From a virus, in the IMG/VR virus record IMGVR_UViG_3300043395_003089, positions 25,168 through 89,167 of that record: a stretch of 64,000 nucleotides of DNA, one strand, 5' to 3'. Of this stretch, positions 9,778 to 19,587 are shown piece after piece. Within the stretch, counting starts at the first letter, position 1. The number at the start of each line of letters is the position of its first letter. The notes under the pieces are model-generated. The model did no database searches and was not told where the DNA came from. It saw only the letters and a program-made list of their open reading frames with translations. Position numbers and translations under genes: made by a program.

Positions 9778-10290
9778 CTACGCCGCTCCTTCCTCGGCGT
9801 CAAGTTTCGGTAGTTCGAGCGCGCCTTTCAGGTTGAACTGGAACACGAAGCGCTGGTGTAGTGCCCGCGCCTCGGGCAGCTCGCCGACGAGCCCGACGAT
9901 GTTGTTCGAGCTCTCATCGACGGCGTAGAGCATCGGCCCGTGGCGATGGAACGTCACGATGCGCTCGACGCGTATGGCGTCGAGATCGAGCACCAGCGAC
10001 AGCTCGTGGATCTTGGCCTGTGTGAACGGGCGAATCTCGCCGAGCGTCTCGATCGTGCAGAACGTCGAGTGCTCTGATGGCGGCTTCGGTTCGTAGTAAT
10101 AGCTCGGGCGTGGCGCTCGGTGCGGGCAGACGCCCGACACAGGCGGCACGTGATAGAGCTGATCGTCGATTCCGATGATCCCGGCGTTGCCCTTGTAGAG
10201 CTGAGTCAGGCGCTGCGTGCCGAGGAAGAAATCCAGCGGCACGGCCGGCGCTTCGTCGGCGTCGTCGGGCTCGTCGGTGTCGTGCACCAA
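9778..10290 (-). CDS. hypothetical protein
   Basis: Class I motif immediately upstream; natural composition. Confidence 0.65.
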   Translation of the reverse strand: MVHDTDEPDDADEAPAVPLDFFLGTQRLTQLYKGNAGIIGIDDQLYHVPPVSGVCPHRAPRPSYYYEPKPPSEHSTFCTIETLGEIRPFTQAKIHELSLVLDLDAIRVERIVTFHRHGPMLYAVDESSNNIVGLVGELPEARALHQRFVFQFNLKGALELPKLDAEEGAA

Positions 10291-10296
10291 GAGAGC

Positions 10297-10818
10297 CTAG
10301 CTCGCTGCTCTGCCAGTCCTAGCTACGTCGAAAGCAACCGTAATGCGCGGAGTCTCGTGCGGGTGTTTCTCGACGGAATGCCCGAGCCGCGATGGGAAGA
10401 GAACGAGTAGATCGGTTACTGGCTCGACACGCTCGACGCAAACCTCGTATCTCGACGGGCACCACTCGAAGATCGTTGCGGCACTTCGAGGGCCCCCTGG
10501 TTCCAGGTAAACGATTCCTGACCATGCATAGCGCGCGTTGTGCGTGTGCGCTCGATGATGTGAGCCCAGACGATTCACGACGGCCCAGCCAACGAGCGAG
10601 GCTGGATCAGCTTCGAGCTCAGGTATCGAGGCAAGCAAGGCGCAGAGCCGCGCGTGCAGCCACGTCGTCTTGAGCCACGTAGGCGACGAGCGCCAACCGC
10701 CTCGGTTGTGTGAGGCGTGAGATTCCGTCGACGCGGCGAGCTGCAAGATGTCGGCGCAGAGCGCTTGGCGTTCGAGCTCGCCGAGGCCGAGCGACAAGCG
10801 CTTGATCGGCGACGTCAC
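10297..10818 (-). CDS. 2OG-Fe(II) oxygenase (TIGR02466-like)
   Basis: SHNRGGWRS, HxH (HTH), WSGIVY, FPSRLGHSV, RITVAFD. Confidence 0.85.
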   Translation of the reverse strand: MTSPIKRLSLGLGELERQALCADILQLAASTESHASHNRGGWRSSPTWLKTTWLHARLCALLASIPELEADPASLVGWAVVNRLGSHHRAHTHNARYAWSGIVYLEPGGPRSAATIFEWCPSRYEVCVERVEPVTDLLVLFPSRLGHSVEKHPHETPRITVAFDVARTGRAAS

Positions 10819-11216
10819 TCGGTCGGGTTGTACGTGTCGCACTTGCCGGGGCCCGCGTTGGTGTGCGGAACCCAGAACAGCACGTTCGGTGCCGCAGCGC
10901 CTTCATCGCTGTTCGACAGCACGACATGCACCGTGTTGGTGTCGGTGTCGAGGTAGGGCTCGCCGACGATCGTGATGCTCGCCCATTCGCTCATCGGTGG
11001 TAGCGGGATCACCATGCAACGCGACGCGGGCGTCGTGCCATCGGATGGTGGCGTCGATTGCGCGACACCGAGCGGCGGATCGACGGGGTCCGATGGACCA
11101 CCAGACGTGTTGTAGGCCTGATTGGCGACCTGCAACAGCGTATCCACGTTGGTGTCACCGCCAGGGAGGGAGAGTCGAGCTCGACGCCAATGGAGATTGC
11201 CAGCTTGTGCGCTCAT
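10815..11216 (-). CDS. hypothetical, possibly structural
   Basis: GTGCTAGCGT motif 6 nt upstream; beta-rich. Confidence 0.6.
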   Translation of the reverse strand: MSAQAGNLHWRRARLSLPGGDTNVDTLLQVANQAYNTSGGPSDPVDPPLGVAQSTPPSDGTTPASRCMVIPLPPMSEWASITIVGEPYLDTDTNTVHVVLSNSDEGAAAPNVLFWVPHTNAGPGKCDTYNPTE

Positions 11217-11249
11217 GGCACGACGCTAGCACGGCGCCGGAAGTACGCG

Positions 11250-11774
11250 CTAGCGGCGAACGAGCAACGCGGCGATGATCGCGACGACCGAGAGCCCGCC
11301 GATCACGAGGGCCCAGCGCGGGATCCGCGTCGCGTAGACCTGACTGGCAGGCACGGTCGCGACGATCTGTGTCCCCGGATTCGGGCTGACATCGACGGGA
11401 ATCCCCGGTTGCGGCGGGTTGATGCCCGGCACGCTTGGCGCGTTCGGCGGCGCCGGCAACGCGGGCGCTGGGCCACATGCAGGCGTGCCGGTCTTGGCCT
11501 GGAACGCGAGGAGCTGATCGTAGCTGCACGTGCGGCCGTAGCCATCCATCACGACGCACTGCGAACGTCCGTCGATGCAGCCTTGCGACATGCAGACGCC
11601 GTTGTTCGAGACATAGCCATAGCCGCAGCCGCCACCAACCGTCAGCCCGCCGCCGGTCGTGGCGTTCGGTGGCATCGTCGACGTTGGAGGCCTCGCTGCG
11701 CCCCCGCGCGAGACGGTCATCGGGTACGAGGCCGGCATGTACTGCGCGGGGCCGTTGAGGTTCAGCTGCAACAT
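11250..11774 (-). CDS. Cys/Pro-rich protein with C-terminal membrane anchor
   Basis: GTGATAGGCT upstream; 6 Cys; TM + RR terminus. Confidence 0.75.
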   Translation of the reverse strand: MLQLNLNGPAQYMPASYPMTVSRGGAARPPTSTMPPNATTGGGLTVGGGCGYGYVSNNGVCMSQGCIDGRSQCVVMDGYGRTCSYDQLLAFQAKTGTPACGPAPALPAPPNAPSVPGINPPQPGIPVDVSPNPGTQIVATVPASQVYATRIPRWALVIGGLSVVAIIAALLVRR

Positions 11775-11786
11775 GCTGTCAGCCTA

Positions 11787-12149
11787 TCACGGCACGCGCT
11801 TGTGCTCACCCTCGTGGTTGAGCTTGAGCCCGCAACGATGTCGGGTCTTGCACTCGCCGCAGTAGACGTGTTCGCGGCACTGATCGAGCATCCGGCCGTA
11901 TTCGTCGATCGGCATCAGGTTGTGCCCGAGATGCTTGCGAAACCACGCCGGGTCGATTGACCCGTAGCACCCGCTGTAGCCCAAGCGGAAGTTGAGTTGA
12001 TCGCCAAGCTCGGTGGATAGCTCGGCGAGCGCTGCGATTGCGTCAGCATGCTTGATCAAGAGCAACATGCGATCGTCTTGGTGATTCGCGTCGTCGAAGT
12101 GGTGGATCTCATCGCAATCGACGCACTTGATGTTCCAGTCCGTGCTCAT
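11787..12149 (-). CDS. hypothetical Zn-binding protein
   Basis: CVDC, CGEC, C...H...H; ATGA coupling. Confidence 0.6.
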   Translation of the reverse strand: MSTDWNIKCVDCDEIHHFDDANHQDDRMLLLIKHADAIAALAELSTELGDQLNFRLGYSGCYGSIDPAWFRKHLGHNLMPIDEYGRMLDQCREHVYCGECKTRHRCGLKLNHEGEHKRVP

Positions 12150-12355
12150 CGCTTGCTCCAGATCTTGTGCACGCGAAGCGTCTCGCGCAGCACGGTCGGA
12201 TGTGCACCTTCCGTGATCGCAGCGTCGGCGTGTTGTGCTGCGCGTTCCTGCGCCCACGCTTCGATGCACGCGTCGCATTGGCCCTGATCGAATGTCATCC
12301 AAGGCTCGCGCTCGTAAGGTTTCGAGCACACGACGCAGGTTCGCGTCTCTTTCAC
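12146..12355 (-). CDS. small CxxC protein
   Basis: CVVC...CDAC; GTGA coupling. Confidence 0.5.
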   Translation of the reverse strand: MKETRTCVVCSKPYEREPWMTFDQGQCDACIEAWAQERAAQHADAAITEGAHPTVLRETLRVHKIWSKR

Positions 12356-12645
12356 GGCGCGACCTTGCGACGACGCACGAGGCTCGCGCCGTCGTAGATC
12401 AAACACGCCTTGTCGAGCGCCTTCGATGCCGGGCACTCCGCGTGGATCTTGCAATCGCAGTGGGCGACCCACGCCGACGCTTGACGCTCATCTTCGGGCC
12501 ACTCGGCGTCTTCCTTCGAGATCCCGAAGAACGCGAGGCCTGGTTTTCCGTCGTCGGCCTTCCACCGGCCGTTCGGAAAGAGCTTGCGGACGTCGATCGC
12601 GCCGCTTGGTGGTCGACACAGCGGGTGTTTTTTGAGCATCGGCAT
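12352..12645 (-). CDS. hypothetical protein
   Basis: ORF within coupled leftward run. Confidence 0.5.
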   Translation of the reverse strand: MPMLKKHPLCRPPSGAIDVRKLFPNGRWKADDGKPGLAFFGISKEDAEWPEDERQASAWVAHCDCKIHAECPASKALDKACLIYDGASLVRRRKVAP

Positions 12646-12870
12646 CCTTCATGAATTTATAGGCGGCAGCCAATCGATCGCTGAACGCCTGAAGATTTTC
12701 TAGTGATTGCTCGACGAGCAGCTCGCGAGCGTAGTAGTTGCCGTCGTCGACTTCGAGCTGTACGTGATCACGTCGTAGACAGAGCCTGTCGCGCTGACGA
12801 TGCGTGTGCAGCGAGATCTCGACGGTCCAGTGTCCGACGATGAACGTCGGCCGCGAGTAGCCCTCGCGCT

Positions 12871-13449
12871 TCATGGATTTTGCACCGACATCGCCTTTTT
12901 CCAGGTCTCGATCGCGCGAGCGTAAACCGCGATCTGCTCGCGCATCTCGATTCGCCCAGTCCAGTGACCGGCGCTGCGTTGCACCATTCGCTCGTAGGCA
13001 TCGAGCGCCGGCAATGCGGCGAACGCGGCTAAGAAGTCTTCGAGCGCCTTGATGTATGGCGTTACATGCGGCGCTTTCTCGACGAGCATCGCGACAGCTT
13101 CCGCGTCTCGCCCGAGACGGATCATGTCTGCGGCGATGCCACGCCACTCGTCGTCGGCGACGAGCGTCGGGTGCGTGACTTTGTAGACTTCCTGAAGCGC
13201 GATGATCAACTCGGGCAACGAATTGGTTTCGAGGATAATCGTGCGAGCTGTTTCGACGGTGCGCGATGGGATACTTAGCTGCGCGATCTTGACGCCGAAC
13301 TTGATGTGAAAGCCATCGCGCGCAATCGCGCGAGCCTCGGTGTGCTGCGGGTCCTCGCAGCGTTCACACGGCAAGTGCGCGCGAAATTCCTCGGCGGTAC
13401 GAAACGCGTGCATTGACTCGATTACCCTTCGTGTTCGTCCGTCGCTCAC
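12871..13449 (-). CDS. hypothetical protein
   Basis: GTGA overlap with recombinase stop. Confidence 0.6.
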   Translation of the reverse strand: MSDGRTRRVIESMHAFRTAEEFRAHLPCERCEDPQHTEARAIARDGFHIKFGVKIAQLSIPSRTVETARTIILETNSLPELIIALQEVYKVTHPTLVADDEWRGIAADMIRLGRDAEAVAMLVEKAPHVTPYIKALEDFLAAFAALPALDAYERMVQRSAGHWTGRIEMREQIAVYARAIETWKKAMSVQNP

Positions 13450-14399
13450 TTGATCACCAGCTCGCGCAGCCACTGCGGTGTCGAGTTGCGAACTTTCTCG
13501 GCGATCGCCTTCATGTCGATGTAGCCGCCCATCGCGCCGAGGCCGGGCAACGTGTGACCGGTCATCGCGGCGATCTCGTGCGGCGCGAGCCCGGCGTCTG
13601 CGCGCCACGTCACGAACGTGTGACGAAACTGGTGGGGATGGATGTGGCCGATCTTCGCCTCAGCCGTGCGCTTGTTGAGCACCCGGTTGACGTGATCGGG
13701 GTAGAACGGCGTGCGCTCGATCGCGTATGCCGCACCGAACGGCCCGATCTGGCGTTGCACACCGCAGAACACGGGGCCCGAGCCGCGACTTCGCCCCGAG
13801 AGCCACGCGAGCCACGGGCGCAGCGCCGCGATCGCGGTGTCCGAGAGCGGCACGGCGACGTCATCGAGCCCGGTGCCTTTCATCCGCACCCACGCGTGCG
13901 GGTAGTTGCCCTTGCTCAAGGCGATATCGAGATGCGTACGCTCGACCGTCATCGAGCAGATCGACATCTTCCGCATGCCGGTTTCGAGCATGACGATCAC
14001 CATCGCGTGATCGCGCAGCGCGAGCGGATCGCTGACGGCCGCGCGTGCGAGCGACTGCACAAGCTTGGTGACGGTCTCTTGCTGTAGCGCGTGCTTGGGG
14101 CGAGCCTTGCGGCCCTTGGCTTTCTGCACGTACGCGAAGTCGAGCTCGGGCTTGTTCTGGTAGTGAGCGCGCCACTTCGAGGCGTACGCGACGCTCGCCA
14201 TCAACCGATTCGCGCTCTGCGGGCGCAGCTCGCGCTCGTCGAGCAAGTGATCGTAGAACGCTTGAGCGCGCTCGCGCGTCCAGCCGCTCGGCGCCTCGCC
14301 TGCGAACGCGATCCACTGATCGATGTCGCGCAGGTAGCGCTTCCTCGACGATGGCGCGAGGTTGCGGCTTTTCTTGATGACGTCGTGTAGTTCGCTCAT
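13446..14399 (-). CDS. tyrosine recombinase/integrase (XerC/D-like)
   Basis: N-terminal SAM-like region; TGMR, K, HPHQFRH, TGH, C-terminal Y catalytic set. Confidence 0.92.
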   Translation of the reverse strand: MSELHDVIKKSRNLAPSSRKRYLRDIDQWIAFAGEAPSGWTRERAQAFYDHLLDERELRPQSANRLMASVAYASKWRAHYQNKPELDFAYVQKAKGRKARPKHALQQETVTKLVQSLARAAVSDPLALRDHAMVIVMLETGMRKMSICSMTVERTHLDIALSKGNYPHAWVRMKGTGLDDVAVPLSDTAIAALRPWLAWLSGRSRGSGPVFCGVQRQIGPFGAAYAIERTPFYPDHVNRVLNKRTAEAKIGHIHPHQFRHTFVTWRADAGLAPHEIAAMTGHTLPGLGAMGGYIDMKAIAEKVRNSTPQWLRELVIK

Positions 14400-14402
14400 G
14401 GA

Positions 14403-14591
14403 TTACTCGTCGACGTCGAAGCGTGTTTCTTCGATATCGTGTAGCTGCATACGCCAGCCCTTGCCACGAACGAAGTGCAATGAGGCTTTGGGCAGGCCCA
14501 TCGATTCGCGCCACGCGTGCGCCTCGGCGCCAGTCTTGAACCAGCGCACCGGATGAAGTCGCATCGAGCAGCTCATTTGGGCGGCTTCCAT
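14403..14591 (-). CDS. hypothetical protein
   Basis: Short ORF in operon. Confidence 0.45.
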   Translation of the reverse strand: MEAAQMSCSMRLHPVRWFKTGAEAHAWRESMGLPKASLHFVRGKGWRMQLHDIEETRFDVDE

Positions 14592-14890
14592 TCTGGGCGC
14601 GGTTTGACGATGAGCGTGTTGCTCGCGTGCGTCTCGACGTCGAGCATGCAGTCGATCCCACGCACGTGCAGCCCGATCGAATGCTCTGGTCGCACGTACG
14701 CCTCGATCTCGATCACGTTGCCGTTAGGCAGGGTGAAGCGCAGCGGCCCACCGGATGTCGCGTACGCGGGCGCGGGGTCGCCACGACGCACGTGATGCGT
14801 GAACGCGATCGGAATCGGTGGCGGCGGTGGCGCGATCGATGATGCGCCGGTTGTCCATAGCTTGGGCTTGCGGCCCGGAATCCGCGGCAT
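14573..14890 (-). CDS. hypothetical protein
   Basis: Abuts upstream stop. Confidence 0.5.
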   Translation of the reverse strand: MPRIPGRKPKLWTTGASSIAPPPPPIPIAFTHHVRRGDPAPAYATSGGPLRFTLPNGNVIEIEAYVRPEHSIGLHVRGIDCMLDVETHASNTLIVKPRPEWKPPK

Positions 14891-15124
14891 CTAGTTGAGC
14901 CTCGTGCGCTCGGCGTGCTCGGCTTCGGTGAGGCCGTACGCGACTCGCTCGGCGAGGTTACGCCACTTGTCGCGCTGCTCTATCCAGTATCGAATGTCGT
15001 CGGCGTGGAGCTTCGCGAGCTGCTTGTTCCGTCGACGCAACGAGATCGCGCACACGAACGCGAAGCCGGCGAGCGTGCCGCTACACACCGACACGACCCA
15101 ACAAAGGTAGCTGTGCTCGAACAT
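14891..15124 (-). CDS. small membrane protein
   Basis: Start MFEHSY follows class I motif; N-terminal TM. Confidence 0.55.
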   Translation of the reverse strand: MFEHSYLCWVVSVCSGTLAGFAFVCAISLRRRNKQLAKLHADDIRYWIEQRDKWRNLAERVAYGLTEAEHAERTRLN

Positions 15125-15135
15125 ACGGATCCTTT

Positions 15136-15720
15136 CTAGCGCGCTGCCCTGCCAGCTCTCGCGCGAAGTCGCAGCCGAATCGCTTGGAACGTTGCCTTGA
15201 AAGCGCACGTGGGGCACGGTGCGGTCTTGTTCGCTCGCGGGTGTTCGCACGTGTAGGGCCTCGTCGCGGCGTTCACCGCATCGCGAAGCAACTTGTAGGC
15301 GTTGACGTTGGCGATGCAGCTCGCGCAGGTCTTGTTGCCGAGCTTGGGCCAGCCGTGGCCGCACTTCACGCAACGCCCGAGCGCGACCCAGCGTCGCGCG
15401 CGACGCTTGCGCGAGCTAGCCATCGTCGCGATGCAGCTCGGGCATCGCATCCGACCACGCGCCCGCTTGTTGCCACACGAGCAGAGCCCGGATGCGATGT
15501 AGCCGGCGGCGCGTTCGTTCTTCTTTGCGTTGCAGTGAGCGCAGATCTTCTGTCCGGCTTTCGGATAACGCATCCGGCACACGAGGCAAAGCCCTCGCTT
15601 GACCGCCTTTTTGCGTAGACGCCTCAGTCGAATCGCATTGGGGGTTTGCGATAGCCGAGGTTGTCGGGCTTGCGATCGCGCTCGACGACGCTTCGGTACT
15701 TTGATCTTGCGCTTACCCAT
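15136..15720 (-). CDS. basic multi-CxxC zinc-finger protein
   Basis: Repeated G(L/R)CxxC...CxxC units, very R/K-rich. Confidence 0.7.
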   Translation of the reverse strand: MGKRKIKVPKRRRARSQARQPRLSQTPNAIRLRRLRKKAVKRGLCLVCRMRYPKAGQKICAHCNAKKNERAAGYIASGLCSCGNKRARGRMRCPSCIATMASSRKRRARRWVALGRCVKCGHGWPKLGNKTCASCIANVNAYKLLRDAVNAATRPYTCEHPRANKTAPCPTCAFKATFQAIRLRLRARAGRAAR

Positions 15721-15809
15721 GATTGTGGCCTAAGTAGTTGTTTTCATTGGTTAAATCGGATGCCCTGATATTATGAATATCACGACAACGCCCCACCGTC
15801 GAGCTAGAT

Positions 15810-16619
15810 CTAGAAGTTCGAGCGGCACTGCCCATCGCAGTCGGGATCCTTGCATCCGAGTGAATGCAGGCTCGCAGCGCGCGTTGGCTTAGCCGTTCGC
15901 TTGCGCGCTGGGATGTTTTGCATCGGCGGATCCCGATGGTTCATGCGATCGATTCGCTTCGGTGGTGGGAGTAGCGGAGCCCAATCCAAATCGCGACGGC
16001 CCCACGCGCGAAACGCGAGCACACGCACGAACGGATCCGAGTGAATCCCACCGTGTTGCTGGCCGATGTATCGGCGAGCCTCGACAAGTGGCCCTGGCGA
16101 CTTCCTAAAGGCCTTCGTGAGCTGCTCGAATTCCTTTAGCTCGCTCGGTGGTACGGCCCATCGTTCGAGCTCGTGGACGATCAAGTAGTCGGTCGATTCC
16201 TGCGACGTCATCTCGTACTCGATCTCGTCATGAACCATCCCGACAGAGACCCAACCCGGGCGCGGTTCGAGTGCCTCGATCTCGCGCTCGCGCGGCGTGA
16301 TGTCCGAGTCGAGCAACGTGCCTCGACGATGCAACGCGATATGCATCACGAGATCGTCTTCAGGGTCGAGATCGAACGCAGCGATCTTGGGCTTGGTCAT
16401 CCAACCACATTCGCAGCCGACGAGTACCGCTCGGCCTTGAGCGTCCATTCGCATGCGTGGCTGGTGTAGCGTCGCTACAGGCAGATCTTCCGTGATTGTC
16501 CCCTTGCCATGGCAACGCGGGCATGACGACCATCCGTCAACGATCGAGCCGTAGCCCTTTTGCCCGAGGCAATCCGGGCAGAGCTTACTCGCGCCATTCT
16601 TGAATTCGATCGTCGTCAT
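15810..16619 (-). CDS. mosaic hypothetical protein with DnaJ-type CxxCxGxG knuckle
   Basis: CPDCLGQKG, CPRCHGKG. Confidence 0.6.
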   Translation of the reverse strand: MTTIEFKNGASKLCPDCLGQKGYGSIVDGWSSCPRCHGKGTITEDLPVATLHQPRMRMDAQGRAVLVGCECGWMTKPKIAAFDLDPEDDLVMHIALHRRGTLLDSDITPREREIEALEPRPGWVSVGMVHDEIEYEMTSQESTDYLIVHELERWAVPPSELKEFEQLTKAFRKSPGPLVEARRYIGQQHGGIHSDPFVRVLAFRAWGRRDLDWAPLLPPPKRIDRMNHRDPPMQNIPARKRTAKPTRAASLHSLGCKDPDCDGQCRSNF

Positions 16620-16846
16620 GGCGCCTCGACTCGCTCGCTCGGATCTTCGTCGCCCGGATCGTGGTTCGCGAACGGGAACGCATCCAAGCGTTGCGGGTTG
16701 CTACACGTGCCGCACTTGATCCGGTTGTCGCTGTTCCAAGGCGCAAACCAGCCGACGAAGATCAACCGCCCGCATGCCATGCAGATCTGTTGCAGCCCGT
16801 CGAGATGCGCGCCCGTGAAGACGTCGCGATGCGTGATCTTTGGCAT
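16616..16846 (-). CDS. small zinc-ribbon protein
   Basis: CMACG...CGTC. Confidence 0.5.
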   Translation of the reverse strand: MPKITHRDVFTGAHLDGLQQICMACGRLIFVGWFAPWNSDNRIKCGTCSNPQRLDAFPFANHDPGDEDPSERVEAP

Positions 16847-16878
16847 CTAGATCGTTCCTTCCTGTGCCCGCTTCCCGG

Positions 16879-17661
16879 TCACCGCTTCACCATTCGCAGC
16901 ATGCAGGTCCGTACGCTCGTGCCCGATGGCTTGAACGCGTCGTCAGGTAGGTTCTCGATGCTGTTCTCGTCGTCGTTCGCGCGTAGCGCCCACTCGCGAA
17001 ACTCGCGATGGCGCCTGTCCCGACGAAACTGCACGCCAGCGGGCAACACGCTCACGAGCACGCCACCAGGCACGAGCATCGAGAACGCGTGGCGCACGTG
17101 ATCGAGGTGATCGCCGAGCCCGACTTTGCAGAACGGCGGGTTCATGACGACGCGATCGAACGGCTCATCCGGCACGTATTCGAGGAAGTCGTCTTCGGTT
17201 TTCTGTGACAGCACGGTCAGTGTCAGCATGCGTCGCGACAGGTCCATCAACCCGAGCTTGCGTTGTCGATCGCGCTCGATCGCGACCACGCCGCACTCGA
17301 TTTCGAGTAGCACGCGCACGATCGCGCCGTCGCCCGCGCTCGGTTCGAGCACGATGTGCCCCGGGCGCACGTCGGCAGCCTCGACGAGCTGACGCGCGAT
17401 CGGGTCGGGTGTCCTGAAGAAGCCTAGCTCTTGATGCGTCGTGACTTCGCCGGTCGTGAGCGCGAGCTCGATGCGTTCGCGCGCGTCGCACGAGAACGAA
17501 TGCGCCTTGAGCTTGCGTTGCCACTTGCCGCCGAGCGCTTCGAGGACTTGGTTTGTCTTCGTGTAGAGCGCGCGATCGAGCTGTTGCGCGATCACGACGT
17601 TGCCCGAGGCGTCGTATTCGACGGCCGAGAGCACGCTTAGAACTTCGTCGCTGATCTTCAT
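16879..17661 (-). CDS. SAM-dependent DNA amino-methyltransferase
   Basis: FFRTP, VLEPSAGDG (motif I), MNPPF (motif IV), F.PSGT.V.T. Confidence 0.9.
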   Translation of the reverse strand: MKISDEVLSVLSAVEYDASGNVVIAQQLDRALYTKTNQVLEALGGKWQRKLKAHSFSCDARERIELALTTGEVTTHQELGFFRTPDPIARQLVEAADVRPGHIVLEPSAGDGAIVRVLLEIECGVVAIERDRQRKLGLMDLSRRMLTLTVLSQKTEDDFLEYVPDEPFDRVVMNPPFCKVGLGDHLDHVRHAFSMLVPGGVLVSVLPAGVQFRRDRRHREFREWALRANDDENSIENLPDDAFKPSGTSVRTCMLRMVKR

Positions 17662-17860
17662 GGTCAGTCTCCAGCGGCGCCGCTGTTACGGTCACGCGCG
17701 TAGTTGGGTCGATAGTCGATAAACGGTGGCGGGTCGATGGCGTCGAGGATGATGGCGCGACAGCGCTCGTACTCCTCGATGTCGCCGGGCTGGGTCGGGC
17801 GCGAGCCCATGCGGAAGATTCTCCCGAGTGCTAGCGCCACCAGCCCGGAGCGTTCTTGGT

Positions 17861-18343
17861 TCATTGGAAGACTTCCAGCTTGACGGTGAACGTCGTCTCG
17901 CTCGAATTCGTCAGCGTGCCCGAGCCCGAGTAGCGCTCGGTGCGTGTGCCGCACAAGATCGTCAACGCGCCATCGTAGAACGACGCGCTCCCTCGCGAGA
18001 CGCCGCAGACCTGCGATGCCGCCGGTTCGAGCGAGCCCGTGCAGACGTCGCTACCCGAGCACGTCGGCGTGCTCTGCGTGTCGCACTTCGACAGCACGAA
18101 ATCGGCCCCCGGCGCGAGCGCGACGGTCGCGAAGCGATTGATCGTCACGTCGCGCGAATTGTCGGTAGAGACGTGGTGGACTTCGCGCATGAACGGCTGA
18201 CAGTCGAGCGGCATCTCGACGAGCCCCGGAGTCGGCGGCGGCATCACGTGTGGCGCGTCGGTGATCGGGTTGCCGGCGTCGTCGAGCGGCGTTGCGCTCG
18301 AACCACAGCCAAGGACGAATAGGGCGATTGCGATGATCTTCAT
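17861..18343 (-). CDS. lipoprotein
   Basis: MKIIAIALFVLG-C lipobox; Cys-rich mature part. Confidence 0.75.
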   Translation of the reverse strand: MKIIAIALFVLGCGSSATPLDDAGNPITDAPHVMPPPTPGLVEMPLDCQPFMREVHHVSTDNSRDVTINRFATVALAPGADFVLSKCDTQSTPTCSGSDVCTGSLEPAASQVCGVSRGSASFYDGALTILCGTRTERYSGSGTLTNSSETTFTVKLEVFQ

Positions 18344-18570
18344 GGATGCCTCTTGCAAGGAAGTTGGTTGCCGCAGATCCGCTCGTCGGGATCGTTGGTG
18401 TAGTTATCGACGATGTACGCGCAACGGCCGGGTGGATGCGGCAACACCGTGCGCACCATGCCGTTCCCGTCGACGCAGAACATGATCCGCGTGGTCTCGT
18501 CACGCCACGTGGATTGTCCGAGGCCGTCGAGATCGTTCGGCTGCCAATCGATGAATTGCGAGCGAGCCAT
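18340..18570 (-). CDS. hypothetical protein
   Basis: ATGA coupling with lipoprotein. Confidence 0.5.
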   Translation of the reverse strand: MARSQFIDWQPNDLDGLGQSTWRDETTRIMFCVDGNGMVRTVLPHPPGRCAYIVDNYTNDPDERICGNQLPCKRHP

Positions 18571-18732
18571 CAGCTCAAACAGGAATGGGGTATGTCTCTT
18601 TCGCTGGGGTTGTCGTGTCGTCGCTCAAGTCGCGCTCGAAGGATTTGACGCTCGGGGCCGACATACCCCTATGCATCCCCGAGGGTTTGATCCTTCGGGC
18701 GCGGCTTGAACAGCGAGCGCTGTTCGTCAGAT

Positions 18733-19305
18733 CTAGATCGCGTATTTCGACAGCGCGTGCTTGGTCCAGAACGCGATCGCCTCGGGCTTGCGCACGTCGG
18801 GGATCTTGGGGTCGGTCGGCTCTTGCGGCGCGAGCGGGCCCCCGTAGCACGTGTAAAGGATGCACGCGTGTTCCTCGTGTGGCCCGGCGATGACGGTGAT
18901 CTGCCGGGTCGGCCGCATCGGCAGATCGATCAGCCGTGATTCCCAGCCACGCGCGCCGCGCTTGCCGAGCGTGATCGCGCCCGTGAACGTCGGAAGCTGC
19001 ACGAACATGCTCGCGATGCCGCCGCGCTTGAACGCTTCCTCCATGCGCTCGACGTTCGCGAGCATGATCGAGCCCGTCGGCATGAGGTAATCACCGGGCC
19101 CCAGCGGCATCAACTCGGTGCCGTTCAGGATCTCGGGGTCGCCCATCGCCGGGCCCCACAGCCCGCACGGCACGGTGCCTAGCTCGGGCGGTAGTTCGAT
19201 CGTCTCGATGAAGAACGCGCGGCGATCCTCGAAACGCGTGAACAGGAAATCGATCTGTGCCGAGTTGAGGCCGTGATCGAGGTGGGATTCTCGGTGTCGT
19301 TGCAT
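18733..19305 (-). CDS. hypothetical phage protein
   Basis: SHLDHGL...YGGPLAPQEP...FW.KHAL; TGATG coupling. Confidence 0.7.
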   Translation of the reverse strand: MQRHRESHLDHGLNSAQIDFLFTRFEDRRAFFIETIELPPELGTVPCGLWGPAMGDPEILNGTELMPLGPGDYLMPTGSIMLANVERMEEAFKRGGIASMFVQLPTFTGAITLGKRGARGWESRLIDLPMRPTRQITVIAGPHEEHACILYTCYGGPLAPQEPTDPKIPDVRKPEAIAFWTKHALSKYAI

Positions 19306-19517
19306 CACTTGATCCTTTCGATGATTTCGAGCGCAGATTGCAGCGTGCGCACGCGCTGAATGTCTTTGTGAGAAGTCGCGATCCAGCAATCGATCGCGTG
19401 GCCACTCGAATGAACGCGTGCGCCGCGGTACACGCCGGTTACGTCGGCGCTAACACACGAGCACAAGTTTTCGAGCGCGGCGTGCAAGATCTTGGCGAGC
19501 GCCTTGGAGAGCTTCAT
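19305..19517 (-). CDS. hypothetical protein
   Basis: Coupled small ORF. Confidence 0.45.
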   Translation of the reverse strand: MKLSKALAKILHAALENLCSCVSADVTGVYRGARVHSSGHAIDCWIATSHKDIQRVRTLQSALEIIERIK

Positions 19518-19587
19518 ACGCAGCGCTCCAACGGCTCGATCTCGCCCGCGTCTAGGCATCGATAGAGGGCCATGCCGATCGCGGGCT

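Noticed and set aside
12488-13147. 219-aa ORF as annotated
   Set aside because: Overlaps neighbours at both ends; only the MKREGY portion from 12874 looks coding and its end is uncertain
15750-15785. Bona fide dif site
   Set aside because: Only the ATATTATG core matches; the arms differ from consensus, so it is kept only as a palindrome
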